Below are positions 14,901 through 28,439 of a stretch of DNA of 64,000 bases, one piece after another (within the stretch, counting starts at the first letter, position 1; each line of letters opens with the position of its first letter). Made by a program: the position numbers and the translations under genes. The notes beneath the pieces are model-generated. The model ran no database searches, was not told the DNA's origin, and saw nothing but the letters and a program-made list of their open reading frames with translations. The stretch comes from Camelus dromedarius (lineage: Eukaryota): positions 99,636,001 to 99,700,000 of the forward strand of contig NC_087437.1 in the NCBI RefSeq assembly GCF_036321535.1, read 5' to 3'.

Positions 14901-15447
14901 AATATTTTTTTTTGTTGATATGTCCTTTGAACATTGAAGTATTCAGTGGTTACTCTCAAAGTTTACCAGATAAAGAAAAGTCTTAACTTTGGCTGATTTT
15001 TTTTAACTGGCTAATGAACAGTCAGATTGGAGATAGATGAGCAACAAAATTGTTGGGTAATGAACCAATGGAAAAATGAATCAATGGAATAAAACTTACA
15101 AGCAAAAACTTTAAAGAAATCGTATTAGATATTATGGTTGTATGTTTGATATATTGTAAAATTCAAACAAAAATACAAACCATCTCTAGGCTACCAGTTA
15201 TTCAGTTATGCCAGTTATTCAGCTGTTTTAAATCATTATAACTTTCTCACTTCTGCAATGTTATGCAAAGGAAGAAATAGGGAACAAGACACATGGAGAA
15301 AAGTATTGATTTCAACACTATTCGTAACATCCCCCAACTGGAACTCCCAGAGAGTCTCAGCAATCAGGAAACAGTTAAATACACTGTGGTACCTTCCCAG
15401 AATGAAATGTCATACAGCCACTTAATTTATTAATTAGACAAATAGTA

Positions 15448-16415
15448 AGTGGTGATGAAAGAAAGAGCATGAGCTTTGGGATTGGACAGACCTCTGTTTT
15501 GAATCTTTCTGTCACTTCCAAAATACTCAGGATTTGAAGTTGACTCCTAGAATCTCTGTGCCAACTTAGAAGTTCTTCCTGACAGGATGTAGACTGCCTG
15601 GCTTGTTGGGTCGTGAGATCCTGATTCAAGAGTGTACTCTCAGAGAGGCCGATTTAATTCTGAGTGGTGATGTGACAATACACTGAAGAAAGAGATAAAC
15701 TTCAGAATCAGTTAGGCCAGGATCAAATTCTGGCCACTTACTAGTGGTTTGACATCGGGTACATCACTTAACTGTCTTGGAACCTCAGATTCCCTGGCAT
15801 TAAATTGCAGATGAGGATACACTTAGCTCATGGAGTCTTTGGGATGAGAAAATGCCATGATGTGTATCAGCACCAGACTAGATAGGGATTAGATGTTGAA
15901 TATATGGTAATTATTGGTATTATTGTTGGTGGATCATTATACTAATCAAAAAAAGTCCCACTCAAAAAGATTTTAATTGTTCATTTTTGACTAAATAACT
16001 AATTTCCAGTATAATATTAAAGACCCTCTATAACTCCAGTCCAACTGCTTGGCCATTTTTCCTTGTGGAAGCCAGCATTCGCCACTCTCACCTGGTCATT
16101 TCTCAAATGTTGCATCAACCCCCCCTGTAATCCTTACCTCTTTCTCTGCCCCCAGACCTGATGTCTTTCTATCTAACTTTGCCTCCTCTAACAGCTTTTC
16201 TCATCCTCCAAGGCCCAACTCAAGCGGGCTGGTTGGGCGGTCTCCCTGAGTCCTCAGAGCACTTTGTGTGAAACAGCATGCTTCCTACTTTCCAGGCATA
16301 CATATCAGGCCTTTTGAGGACAAGAGACCATTTCTCCCCTCATTTTATTAATTCTTTTTAGCAACTTAGTCACTTGTACACAGTGGACAGTCAGAAACTA
16401 ACTGTCAAATTAAAT
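15448..16415 (+). mobile_element. MIR fragments (about 15448-15545 and 15690-15925) followed by L2 (about 16060-16415)
   Basis: GAGCATGAGCTTTGGGATTGGACAGACCT, CACTTAACTGTCTTGGAACCTCAG and TTTTGAGGACAAGAGACCAT motifs. Confidence 0.6.
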
Positions 16416-17589
16416 TCAATAGCCACTGAAAGCTCTAGAAATAGCCTTATGTAACTCTTTTTGATAGCTAAGTGCCATTTGAAATGCCCATTTGAGTGAT
16501 TTTTCTTACTTTTACATGTCAAATTTTCCTTTAGATGAGGTTCATTCCATGAAGGCAAAAAGTATTGGAATACCTGACCCCCTAATCACTTTTTTCCACT
16601 CTAATTTCATTTCAATTAATTGCACAGATACAAGACTTAAGGTACAGTTATATGGCTGATATGTTATTTCTGTCTAGGCTAATTCATGGCCATAGCCTTT
16701 ATGTACTTCACAAGCTCTATCCCTGGCTTGCTTACAATAGTGTGTATAGTATTGTGGGAAATTTTTACTACTTAAAAATATGGAGAGATAAATGCATTAA
16801 TTAACATGGTAAATTTGGAAGACGTGTAGATCCTCTGGAAAGAAATTGGAATCAAAATTTCAAACATATTGTACAGTTCTTTCTTTGGAAAAAAAGAAAT
16901 TTGAGGTCTATAAAACTGATTTACTACAAGGGTGGTAAAATGGGGGTGGGGGGGGAGCCAAAAACCTGACCCTGACATGAATGTCAGCTTGTCTTGAAAG
17001 AGTTCTGAATTTCAGTCTAACTAAAGTAATTTTTTTAGCAGCCTGGTGTGTAACTTCACCTATTGATAGGTGATATCCTCTAAGCCTCAAAAAACAAAAG
17101 CTGCTCTTGGAGACATTGGACTCCTTCGTGTCTTTACAAATGTGGGACCCACTTATACAGGATATTGCTCTCTGAGTGACTGAAGAGATCCATTAACCTA
17201 CAAAATTTGATGCATATATAATATGTATAAGTATGTGTCTACATTATATATACATGTAGTTTTTTTTTCTTTTCCAAAGAATTTATACCCAAATGAATTG
17301 CCTGTTTCTTCCTGACCTAGAGAATTTGGCTAAACCCTGGGATAAAACATTCTAAAATGGTTCATGATATATACTTTCTGACAAGGAGTCAGTATATCCG
17401 ATAATGTAATCGAAGAATCAAAATGCCTGATCATATACACATTCATATTGAATGATCCAACCCTGGATAAAGAAGTGACTGGACTTTCCTCAGAGTTTGA
17501 CAAAGAAACCCACCAAAATTTAAAACTATCAGTCAGAATAGACTTTCAAAAATCTTTATTCTTGATCAGATGCAGTGATAAACTTAAAC

Positions 17590-17702
17590 TTTAAAGATAA
17601 ATCTATTCATATTTTGCAAATCAATACAAGATCCTGTTCTGTCTGTGTTTAAAGATAAATCTATTCGTATTTTGCAAATCAATACAAGATCCTGTTCTGT
17701 CT
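17590..17702. repeat. Tandem duplication, 2 x 55 bp with a 3-nt spacer
   Basis: 17590-17644 and 17648-17702 differ at one base (TTCAT/TTCGT). Confidence 0.95.
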
Positions 17703-20700
17703 CTTATATCAGAAATGGAGAAGTAATGGTTTAAGTATTACGTATTTTTCTTAAAATAGAAAAGAGACAAACCAGTTCATGTGCAATCCTAACTTGGGAG
17801 TATTATTTGATTTAGGAAAACTCTAGAATATGTGTTAAGAATCTTGTCTTGTCTTGTCTTTTGAGCCCTTTCTCTGTTTGACGCTGTGTTGCTTCTCAAG
17901 TCTCACCTCCCTGCATTCTCCTCATGTTCATTTTTATGCAACAAAATAGGACTTCTCACCCCATCCTGAATGTGTATTTTTTATTACTTTCTACCTTGCC
18001 AAGTTCCAGACCACTTTTAAATATATCATGTTCTACTGTTTCCCCATGGAGACTGGATGATAGTTGTGTACCACTGCAAACAAAATATACATATAAGCCA
18101 ACAACTAGTATAAATAAATGCTGCCTTGATGGTTAAAAAATCAATTTATTAGGATTTAGAAGTGTTTATTAAGTAACAAAGGTAATTTTTAACCTAGTAT
18201 AATGGTAATTATATTTAAGTACATCCTTTTAAAATTTATGTTGTAACCCAGCATGTAACCAAAAGAAATTAAAATTACTATTATCACACATGTTTGTATG
18301 TAATATGCTTACCAAAGGACTTGGAATATTGATGAAATCCCATGTCTTGCTAGTACCTAAAAGAGTCCATCTAACATTAATAGATGAAATAATCCTTTAG
18401 CATAATAAGAGGAAACAGACATGAAATAGTTGCCTATTTTAGACCATTTTCCTCTAGTCTGTCAGCTCAAAACTACATGAGAAACCCATTTTTTTTTTTT
18501 TTAGTTCCTGAAGATGAATTAGGACTGGCACACATTTTTGGAGTTTAACAACTCATGATAACGCAGATATAGGCATTTTCCTATAAAGTTGTCATAGGCT
18601 ATGTTGCATGGATCACATATCAAATGTTCATTTTAAAACTAAGAAGCCAAAGAAATTGTGAGAAAAGAAAATGAGTAATAAATCAAACTTCAATAATACT
18701 AAGTTTAAGTAAAGAACTAATTGATTTCTGTTACCTTGTAATTCTTAAAGGTAATCCTCACATCACTGATAATTCATTATTTATTAAGTTTAGTTGTTAG
18801 CTGGGCATATCCCAAAATGTTATCAGTTGGAGAGCACTTAATATAAATTATTTTTAATAAGAACCCACTCCCTCCTTTTTTTCTCTCAGCTGAAATTGTC
18901 ATGGAAAGTCTATTTTGTTTGTTTGCTATGAAAACGTACTTGTGGAACAATTTGTCATGGTATTGGTACAGGTAATTTTCTATGGTAGATGATGAAGATT
19001 CCTGGATATTTTTATTTTTTACAAACATAATAAATGTTTATTCATATAAAAATGTGTGTATATATGTAAATGTCATATGTTACAGATGTCTTGAAATATT
19101 AGACAAGTGAGTAAATACATAGACATCATAGGATCACAGGATTCTAGAATTCACGTAAATTCAAATAACAAAAATGTTTATAAATAGCACTGAAAACTTT
19201 AGTCATGTGGATTTCCTTATGAAACACACTTTAATATTGCAGCAGAGAACAGTGTGGGAGTTGCCTAATTTTAGTTCTATTTTAAAATAATGAGAATTTT
19301 AACTGGTTGCTTAATTTTAAATGACATATTCATAAAATCAAGCTATGTCCTTTCAATTATTCCTATCAAGTTAACTTTCCCTCTGCTCATCAAGAATATT
19401 ATCTAGTATACTCTAATTGTTTCTGGATAGTTTGGTTCTTCTGAAAAATGACAGATTGATTTCTTTTAGTGGTGTTCACCCCCAAAATGATGAAAGGAAA
19501 ATTGGGGACTCTACATTTCAGGGGCAATGGAATAAACAATTATATTGGGGTTTTTGAAATTATCTACAAAAATATGAACATTTGAGCTGGAAAGGACATT
19601 AGATCTTTAGTTTACAGGGAATCTAAAGAGATTATGTGCCTTCCTTTAGATTCCACAGCCAGTTAATAGCCAATCATAGACAAGAGGGCAGATGTCAAGC
19701 CTTCTGGTTGGGTGTAATTTTCTACTATCCTGAAATTATTAAAGGTAATCCTCAGGACACTGAATATATCATTATTTATTAAATTATATTTCTAACTATT
19801 CCAGAGTATTTTTCTATAGCCCGTGTACACAGTGAATGACTCATAAAAATCAGTCACATGTTTACGATGTGAATGAATTCACACACCTTTATGTGAATTC
19901 AGTATCTAATGGAGAACTGCTACTTAGTATGTGCTCACCATCTGTCATTCAGAAAGTAGACTTTATTACTATGTATTTTTCCACTCTTTTAGTTAGAGGT
20001 ACAAGTCATAAGGGAGTTACCTGAGTGTTGACCCAGTATAATTGAAAGAGCCACACATTTGAAGAAGATGGCTCCAATAATGACAACGATTTGTTTACCT
20101 GTATATTGATTTAATTAGGGAAGAAAAATAAAGTGTATTTGTGATTTGTTTATGTATTTTTTAACACAACAAAAACTGGATTGAGAAGCTTGCCAGACAT
20201 ACATATTCATTTTCCCAAGAATATATTTTCAATGGCTTTAGTGAAGAAAATGATGCATTTGAATCAATATATTGTATGCAATTTCAATGCCAAGGATACA
20301 TTTACTCTTCCAGGTTTTTATTTGTTTTAAATATATCCAACTTTAATGGAAGGGTCTTTATGTCCAGGATTGGCTGCATCAGATTTTGTTTTGGGGGGAA
20401 TCTTAACTTTCACCCTATGTGAAGTTATATGCTTCTAGGATAGAGCGAAGTGGCTGGTGCCCTTGGATTCTCTTCTTCTAGTGTCAGAATACTCCCCGAA
20501 GTACTGCATGTAGAATATTCGTAATCCACAATTGTTTCTCCCAGGACTCTGGCTCCTTGGGGATTTGCCTGCCTAGCTTGATGGAAGTATTCCAGCTCTG
20601 CTTTCTTTCGGATAGTATTTCTCCTTCATTTTATCTAAATAGAGGATTATATTAGCTAAACATGATTAAATTTGAGATATAAGTAGGTCCATTTCTGGTA

Positions 20701-21660
20701 TCTGGTTTTGTGACAGTTTCTTACGGTTGATGTTTCTGCACGTAACATAGTGTTTTAATGTAACGATCTTTTAATAGCTACAACTCCTAGGAAAAAGTTT
20801 GGAAGCATCCTAAGCAAGTTGTTGGAAAGAAATAGGCATTTAAGTTCTTAATTCAATTAGTAACTCATAAAGTATATACTGATGAGGATGCAAAGAGCCT
20901 TTGTAAGCATTAATTTCATGAAATGAACATTTTGTAAAAGTGAATGTGAAGTGTGTAGATCCTTAGGCAAATCTTCACTGTCGGTTGAATTTATTTAAAG
21001 AGCTTTTCTGGTCACCTTTGAACCTCAATGATTTCTCCAGATGTACAGAAGTGAACAATGTAAAAATCTGGCTGTTTCAGCAGAACTGATTCCAGCTGGC
21101 TGGGAACTGGATCTGCAAGTCATTGGTTACAGCTGTGTTTCGATTTATGTGATGGTTGAAAAAATAAATTACCCGATTAGATGGCTAGAAAGAGGACTCT
21201 TTGTTTAGCCCTTGTGTGGGGACCGAAAGTGTTTATGGTGCTGTTTTCTACGCAGTCTTTGCAAAGTAAGCTGGACAAATAGACTTATTCAATGCTCCTA
21301 AGAAATGTTGCATATTCAGCTTTAATTCTTTGCTAAAGAAACTTTTTTTATATATAATGTCATCCAGCAAATGTTTTAAAGGTCTAGCGTTTAAGAGAAG
21401 CAGTAAGTTTTCTGTCCTACTGAGCTCTGCATTTAGTCATTGAAAAGCCGTTTTCTTTTAATATGCATTTTAAAATATGTCTTTGTCAGGTATACGAATT
21501 AAAATATGTTTCTCTTAAATTCAAATCTTTATAATAGCAAAGTATCCGAACATAAATTCTGATTTAACTCTTTTCCTTAATGAGTTATGACTCACGACAC
21601 ATAATAGAGAATAAATTAATTAAGTTGCTAAATTAAAAAAAGATAACCAAGCATTACTGC

Positions 21661-21682
21661 AAAAAAAAAAAAAAAAAAAAAA
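21661..21682. repeat. A22 homopolymer
   Basis: Directly visible. Confidence 0.95.
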
Positions 21683-23775
21683 GACATGCTTGTGGTCCAC
21701 TTAGGCTATGAGGGGTTTGAATTTGTGACTATTTTCATTTTTATCTAAGTAAAGTTTACAGATAAGAGTAGAAAGAGTATTAAACATCCTGTAACTTTCT
21801 AGGTTAGTTAAAGTCAAAATGCTAATAACTCTTGGAGGTTTAGAGTACTACCCTCCCGAGAGGATTTACATACTAATATAATGTTATGTGAAGATTTAAA
21901 AAAAAAAAAAGTATTTTCCAAGGTAGGTTTTTTGCTAAGTTTTCGTAAAATCCTTAAAAGGGACAGAATGCTCAAGTGAACTTGAAATTGAGGCCAAGCA
22001 CTTGATCAGGGGTTACAATGTCCACCAAGTTCAATAGCAATTCAGTATGGGGAATACCCAGGAAAGTATCATTTTTTTCCCCAAAATATAGATGATTCTT
22101 TATCCATTTCCTTTCTTAGGCTGAGATATATATTATGGAATTTAGGTGATGCAAAATGAAGAGCCATAATGTATCCAAAAGGAAACTGAGGTGGGATTGA
22201 TCTGTCTTGAATTGTCACAGTTATGCTGTGTCAAGCTATTTCTCTGATCAGTGGAAGTGTACCGTCTAACCCTTAGCAAATCAATACAATTGACTGGAAA
22301 GGATAGGAACGAAGCATGAGAATGCAGGATACACTTGAACCTTCACTGTTCAGAAGTATTTAAATGATGTTTATAATGCATAGAAGTATTTTCCTCTACT
22401 CCCATGTGACAGAAGCTTCCTCAACCTATGTTGGAAACTGATGTAACAAAGTTCAGGAGTATGCTATAGTGGCATTCTTCATGAAAGGAATGTTTTGAAA
22501 AGTTAAACTAGTCTCATAGTACTTATACTTCCAAAAGTATATTAATTAGGAAGCAATCTCTATCACTGAGCATGGATTTAGCAAAGTGAAAATTCAATCT
22601 GGAAAAAAACGTGTGATTTTGTGATGTTAAATTTCAAACATGTACATTATTTTAATAGGTAAAAAAACAGGAAAGGAAATAAAAGTATCTATAAAGAGAG
22701 AATACTTTATTTAAGATAATTTACTTTATCATTTGTCTTCCATTCCTACTTATCATAATCAATGGATAAAATATTACCTTTTCTTTATAATAAAAAATTT
22801 ATAAAATTAGAATTTTTTTCGTATTAAAGAAAACTCAAAATCTAGAATAAAAATGTTTACCAGTAATCAGAATAACTATCCATTAATAACTTTCCTTCAT
22901 AAGTTAAGCAGCATTCAAAATGAGTACTTTAAAAAATCAAAAAAGATATTTTTTAAAGCTTTATAATTAATAGAGATTTTTAAACCTGATTCACCTGGCT
23001 TTCTGATATCTTTTTTTATTCAAAATTTCTAAAATCCATTTAAGGAAGTTTTATAAACTGACATTTTATTTAAATGCATTATTAAAGCTAAACTATGTCT
23101 ATTTGATCAATTAATCCTATTTTTTTAAATCTAGATAGGCTAATTTTTATAAATAAGTTATTCAAGGAAACTGTGACTTCTCCTTAGTGCATGTACCGAA
23201 ACAGCATATACATATTTTTTTAACTTAGAAAATTACTACCTCCCTAGTTCTAAAATGAAAATACTTTATTTCAAATAAATGAAAATTTAAATGTGAATAG
23301 GGTAATCCACATAAAAAAGCTAATATAATATTTTAATATTGCCATATTATAGAGCAAAGATGAAAGGATGCATTTTTGAGATTCTGTTATTAGGTGAGAT
23401 ATCACAGGAGCATATGAAGAGTATATATCATTAGTCTTTCTGGGGATAAATGCTACTGGACAGAATTGTGAGGATTAAATGGCACAATTATGCATACAAA
23501 TATCTAAATAGTAGGTAGTAATTACCAACATGTGTTTCCAATTTTACTTTCTTTCATTGCACAAAGTTTTAGAGCTGAATTAGGCCTTGGTGACTAGCCT
23601 AATCACCCCTCCTAATTTTAAAGATAACAGAACTAAGTTTCCAGGAGTTAAATGACTTTTCCAGGACCATAAACTTCATTATTTACCAAATTGGCACAAT
23701 TATCTGACTTCTAGATTACTTCCCTTCCCACTCCGTTCGAAAGTGTTGTGCATAGAACATATAAGGAAGATAGTA

Positions 23776-24087
23776 CTGTCAGCCCTTCAAATGTGAGGGT
23801 TCTGCGTCCGCGGATTGAACACAGGTCAGAAGTATCCCAACCCCCCCCCAAATTCCAGAAAGTTCCAAAAAGCAAAACTTGAAATTGCTAGTACTGACAA
23901 CTATTTACATAGCATTTGTATTGAATTAGGTATTATAAGGAATCTAGATATGACAACGCATATGGGAGGATGCCTGTAGGTTATATGCAAATACTACACC
24001 ATTTTACACAGGAGACTTGAGCATCTGCGGATTTTGGTTCCCCCGGAGTCCTGACACCAATTCCCTGCAGATACTGAGGGATGCCTG
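23776..24087 (-). mobile_element. MER2/MER2B-like TcMar-Tigger element
   Basis: TA before the 5' terminus. AAATTCCAGAAAGTTCCAAAAAGCAAAACTTGAA...GGTTATATGCAAATACTACACCATTTTA...GACTTGAGCATCTGCGGATTTTGG. Confidence 0.85.
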
Positions 24088-25759
24088 TGCTTTTCTATAG
24101 TATGTTAGCTAAAACATAAGTTGTCACTGCTCTAAATACAACAGTCACTCTGTAGTCACTTGGTATCATTGTCACCTAACATTACATCTTAAAAAGTCAA
24201 GGTTAATCTTTCAGCCCCTCACCTGTTAGGAAGCACCTCAACACAGCAGAAATGTTCCTTTATTATCAGTATGTGTAATCCTCCCAGCTATTGAAAAGTA
24301 CTCTTCCAGATTTAACGATAATTTGATACAGCATAATTTTTTCGTGGTTTCCAAATTGCCCCTCATTATCATACTGTACCTTTTTCCCAAAAGAGAAACA
24401 GTTCACCAGCATCCTCAAGACCTATTTGTTCCTGTGTGTGGCTGTACCACAGTGGCCATTATTGTCACTTTCCCCTCAAGACCTCCCTCAAGTTCATGTT
24501 CTAGCCCTAATTACCCCTGTCTCAGACTTGCTCTCCTCAAGTCTCATCTCTCTGGTGTGGCTTTGAATGTGGTCCCCTGTGCATATTGACGACAGACCGA
24601 ATTGGCAAGTGGGTTACATACTTGGGGAAAACAGGGGGGGAGGTGGAGAAGCAGAAAGGAAATTGGAGGGAGGGCAGGAGAAAGGGAGATTGCTATGGAA
24701 AGTTACAATCGTATGCATTTCCTAAGAGAAGAATGAACATTAGATTTTACATGTCAAGGTCTAAAGCACCATCCCTGAAAGGGAAAGAAATCTGTGTGGT
24801 TATTTCTCCGTGTTACTTGTGATGCTCTGCACTTACATATCAAATGAGAAAGAAGGAGGAAATTTTAGGTTGACAAATAAACCCTTTGCATTCCAGTCCA
24901 AAAGTGTCTGAGTTAAACACTGAATCATTCCCTATCCCAAATGCTAAAAGTATAAAAGAAAATATGTCAGGTTTTTCCCTTGTTAAAAACCAGCTGTATC
25001 ATTCACTGTGAAATTTGTAAAGTGATAACTATTATGCACTTACGTTTTACTTTATTTTCATTTTGCTTAAGATAATTAGTTTCAGAATCTGATTGATAGC
25101 TCAAAATTTTCTTAACAGGGTCTACACATATACATACCTGTTCACCTCCCCCACAGTGTTTTATTTAATCGAAAATTCTGAACCAGATCATCCTATTTCA
25201 TTGGCATCTGATCCTTGTCTCCCTCGCCCTTTATTATTTTTTTCTCTTAAAAAGTAAAGAAAATAGTACAACCATAGTTGTTGCTGCTTTTAACTGCAAT
25301 CCCTTCCTTATATGAATATGATTTTTAAAAATTGCTTTTTCTCTATTTCTCCCACTCACACTACTATTACAGGCCTTCTTTATTGAAAACAGAAACATGT
25401 AATATGTGCTGTTTGACACTAAGAAGAGCATGACTCTCATTTATGGAAAGGTTAGACAAATAAGCATTTGTCAGATTTATTCGGAGACTTTAGTTTGAGT
25501 ATATTTTGCATCTTCTGATGGTTTTGTTATCAACTGCCTTAAAGTTCATTGCTGTATAACCTTTCCCCTTAAGTAATCTTGCTATTTCAAAATTATTAGT
25601 AAATAAAAGCATTAGATGCTCTTTAGTCAAAAGAAATTGTTCTATTTTAGATCGTCAAATAAATAAATATAAATTTATTCTCTTAAGATGGATCAGAATG
25701 AAAGTATTGGAACCCAGTGATCAGTTACGCTATAAACTTTTTACAAGGACAGTTTAAAT

Positions 25760-25965
25760 CAGCATTGTCCAATAAAACTTTCTGCAATGTTGGAAATGTT
25801 TTATGTATATAAATGTTTTATATAGCTGCATTGTCCAAAATGGTATCCACCAGCCACAGGTGCTATATTATACATTTGAAATATGGCAACAGAGGAAGTG
25901 AATTTTTACCTTATTTAAATTTTCATAACTGTATGTGGCTGGTCACATCTTATTGGAAAGTGCAG
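25760..25965. mobile_element. MER3-like hAT-Charlie element
   Basis: CAGCATTGTCCAATAAAACTTTCTGCAATGTTGGAAATGTT...TATTGGAAAGTGCAG with degenerate inverted termini. Confidence 0.8.
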
Positions 25966-27430
25966 GTTAAATAAAACAAAGAAAATATGCAAGTAATAAA
26001 AAACAGTATATTCTGCACATCCATGAATTTTGAGTCAGAATTTGAACTGTAGGTCATCTTTTGTCCTCCATCTTCCTTACCCTAAACCTCACCAATATTT
26101 GTTAAATATAATTCCCATAATAACAATGAGTTCAAGTGGCTTTTCTAAGAAAAGATCCCTTGCCTTTGTAGTAAGGTTTAAGGCAGGTTATATTGAAGTA
26201 TTTCAGAGTAGCTGTTGCTTCCTTTCACTTAATACATCATTTGATATACATCCAGATCGATTTTAGTTATATATTTGTTAACAGAAGAAAACTCAAATAA
26301 CATATAAAAATAGTCGATCTAGGAAAACCACACTTGCCTTGCTTGCTCAAATTAAATATAAACCAGACTGAAATTTTTACTTTGTACATGGTTTAGCCAT
26401 AGTTGAAGTCTCATTTAGGGATGTTTTACTGTTGATGGATTGAAGTTTAGAATAAGAAAAGACCATAAATCCAAGTCTATGACAGTTGTAGTTGAACTGA
26501 CTGATTACAACATCTTCTTTCAAATAAATATTGATTTAATCAAGTCTGCACTCCCATTGGCCCAACAGTGGTCTTGACAGAAGTCTGGGTGCTTGAAACT
26601 GGCTAACCTCTGTCTGGATATAAATACTTTAAATGCATGGCCATTCATTTATAATTATTATTTTCCTTCAAACCTTTATTTGTGATTTTCTAACTCCTAT
26701 GGTTAATATTTTTATTAAATATTCTGTCTTTATTAAATATTAAGTCTTCTGTAAAGTTAAGTACCATGTGTGTCTGTCTCTGTATGTAATAAACAGAGAT
26801 GGCATGGAATGGGGGAAAAAGTTGTATTTGCATCTGTTGTTTCTGATTTGCAGAGCTCAAAGTGAGGTGTTTATGCAGACAGTCCAAAGCTAAGATATCA
26901 GTAGGCAGTTTGCTGTAAGCGCATGTTCAATTATTAAAATAGTCGACATTTCATGTCTGATAGATATAGTGAGGTCAAGACATTAATTTATCCAGAGTAT
27001 TGTGGGCAAGTGTCTAGAAAAAAAAAATAGCATAAAGGACAAAGATGATGCTGGAGAGAAAAAAGAAAAAAAAGATAGATCTGAGCAAAGAGAGTTTAAA
27101 AGATGACCAGTTTAACAGACATGTAGAACAGGAAGGAATAAGTCAGCAGGTGTCTCACTGTTACCAACAATAAGTATTTTAAGCGACCCTGTGCATGTGT
27201 TAATTTCTGTTGTAGTGTTTCATTAAATTCTCAGCTTAAACTCCACTCCAGAATCGGTGGTTTCTGAAATCTAATTTCCCATTTTGTTCATTGCTTCGGT
27301 GCTCCGTGATTCTTGCTCTTTCCTCTCTGTTCCTTTCTTCCCCTTCTTCACCATTCCCCTCCCTCTCCCCATTTCTGCATTCCCTTCTCTTCCTCCCTCT
27401 TGTGTTCTGTTCCTTCCTGCCTTTCTCCAG

Positions 27431-27728
27431 TAAGAGCATGGACATAATTCCATGCTTCCTCCTGGTGGCTGCTCCCTTCTTTATTTATTTGGATTTTTTG
27501 TTTTTGCACTTGAGTTTTTCCTTTTTCTTTCAAATCAGGAGCCTGTCGGAGCCGATTGTAGAGATACATATCCTACTGCAGATGCTTCTTTCTCTTCATG
27601 AGTTGTGTGATGTTTTCTTTGGAACCTCTGTGAATGCTTGTCCTTCACATTTGTTGCCACAGATCTGTTGCCAAACTGCTACCTTAGTTGGTCCTGCAGT
27701 GCTGCAGTGCATGCTGGGATCTGTCTGT
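27431..27728 (+). other. Candidate host-gene exon (alternative acceptor would start it at 27539)
   Basis: Acceptor CTTTCTCCAG (AG 27429-30) after a long pyrimidine tract. Second acceptor TTTCTTTCAAATCAG (AG 27537-38). Donor TGT|GTGAGT (GT 27729-30). No transcript data. Confidence 0.4.
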
Positions 27729-27828
27729 GTGAGTAAACTGGAATTTCTCCAGCACCAGACAGCATTAGAGTTGGCTTGAGAATTGTCGTACTTTTCTTCC
27801 CTTTGTATGTACTTCTTGTATGCTGCAG

Positions 27829-27890
27829 AGTCACCGATGGCTAGCTCTGTCTGGCAAGAGATTCAGATATTGCTCATGTAGAAAGGAAAG
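27829..27890 (+). other. Candidate 62-nt host-gene exon
   Basis: Pyrimidine-rich acceptor ...CTTCTTGTATGCTGCAG (AG 27827-28) and donor AAG|GTAGGC (GT 27891-92). Confidence 0.35.
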
Positions 27891-28439
27891 GTAGGCAGTT
27901 TACCACATTCTATCATTAAAGGGAACAACTGAAGAACAATGGAATTGGATAAATACCTGTACACTGCTTTTTATGTTGTAAAATACTGTAGCACAAACAG
28001 GATTGCGTTCAGCCAAAATTTTACTTCCTTTTGTAACAATGCACATAATAGATTGTTTACAAATATGTACACAGATCCATTTTTAAGTAAACATATATTT
28101 AATCTTTAATATTTAAAGCCTGCAAACATTTCTGAGTCTCAAAGACCTTTACATAGTCACCGACATGGCTATTTATTATTATTTTAAAGCTCTTACATCA
28201 AAAAAAATAAAAAATATACTAATACCCTGTTGGTTGATTTCGTTCCAGCCAGTTAGGATTTCAACACAGTTTAAATCATATTGATGATTCAGATCCTGGC
28301 AGATCTTATCATTCCTGTGAAATGAGAGCACAGCTAATAAAAATATTAAGCAATTATTTTTATTAAGATCATAGTTTTTTTCATTATTTAATAGAATAAT
28401 TGATCTATACAGATCCACCTCACTCTTGTGTCTCCTGGG

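Noticed and set aside
15194..15222. CRISPR-like or functional short repeat arrays (also near 1810-1842 and 48463-48491)
   Set aside because: Only two or three short adjacent copies without unique spacers, in eukaryotic DNA. Ordinary slippage duplications.
27291..27779. Longest ORF (162 aa) as a conventional CDS
   Set aside because: It starts at TTG and its first 49 codons are a pyrimidine tract (S/P/F/L-rich). No recognisable domain. Only the ATG-27438 portion is kept, as a speculative finding.
27837..27881. 14-codon ORF MASSVWQEIQILLM in the 62-nt candidate exon
   Set aside because: Too short to distinguish from chance, and C at -3 gives only moderate context.
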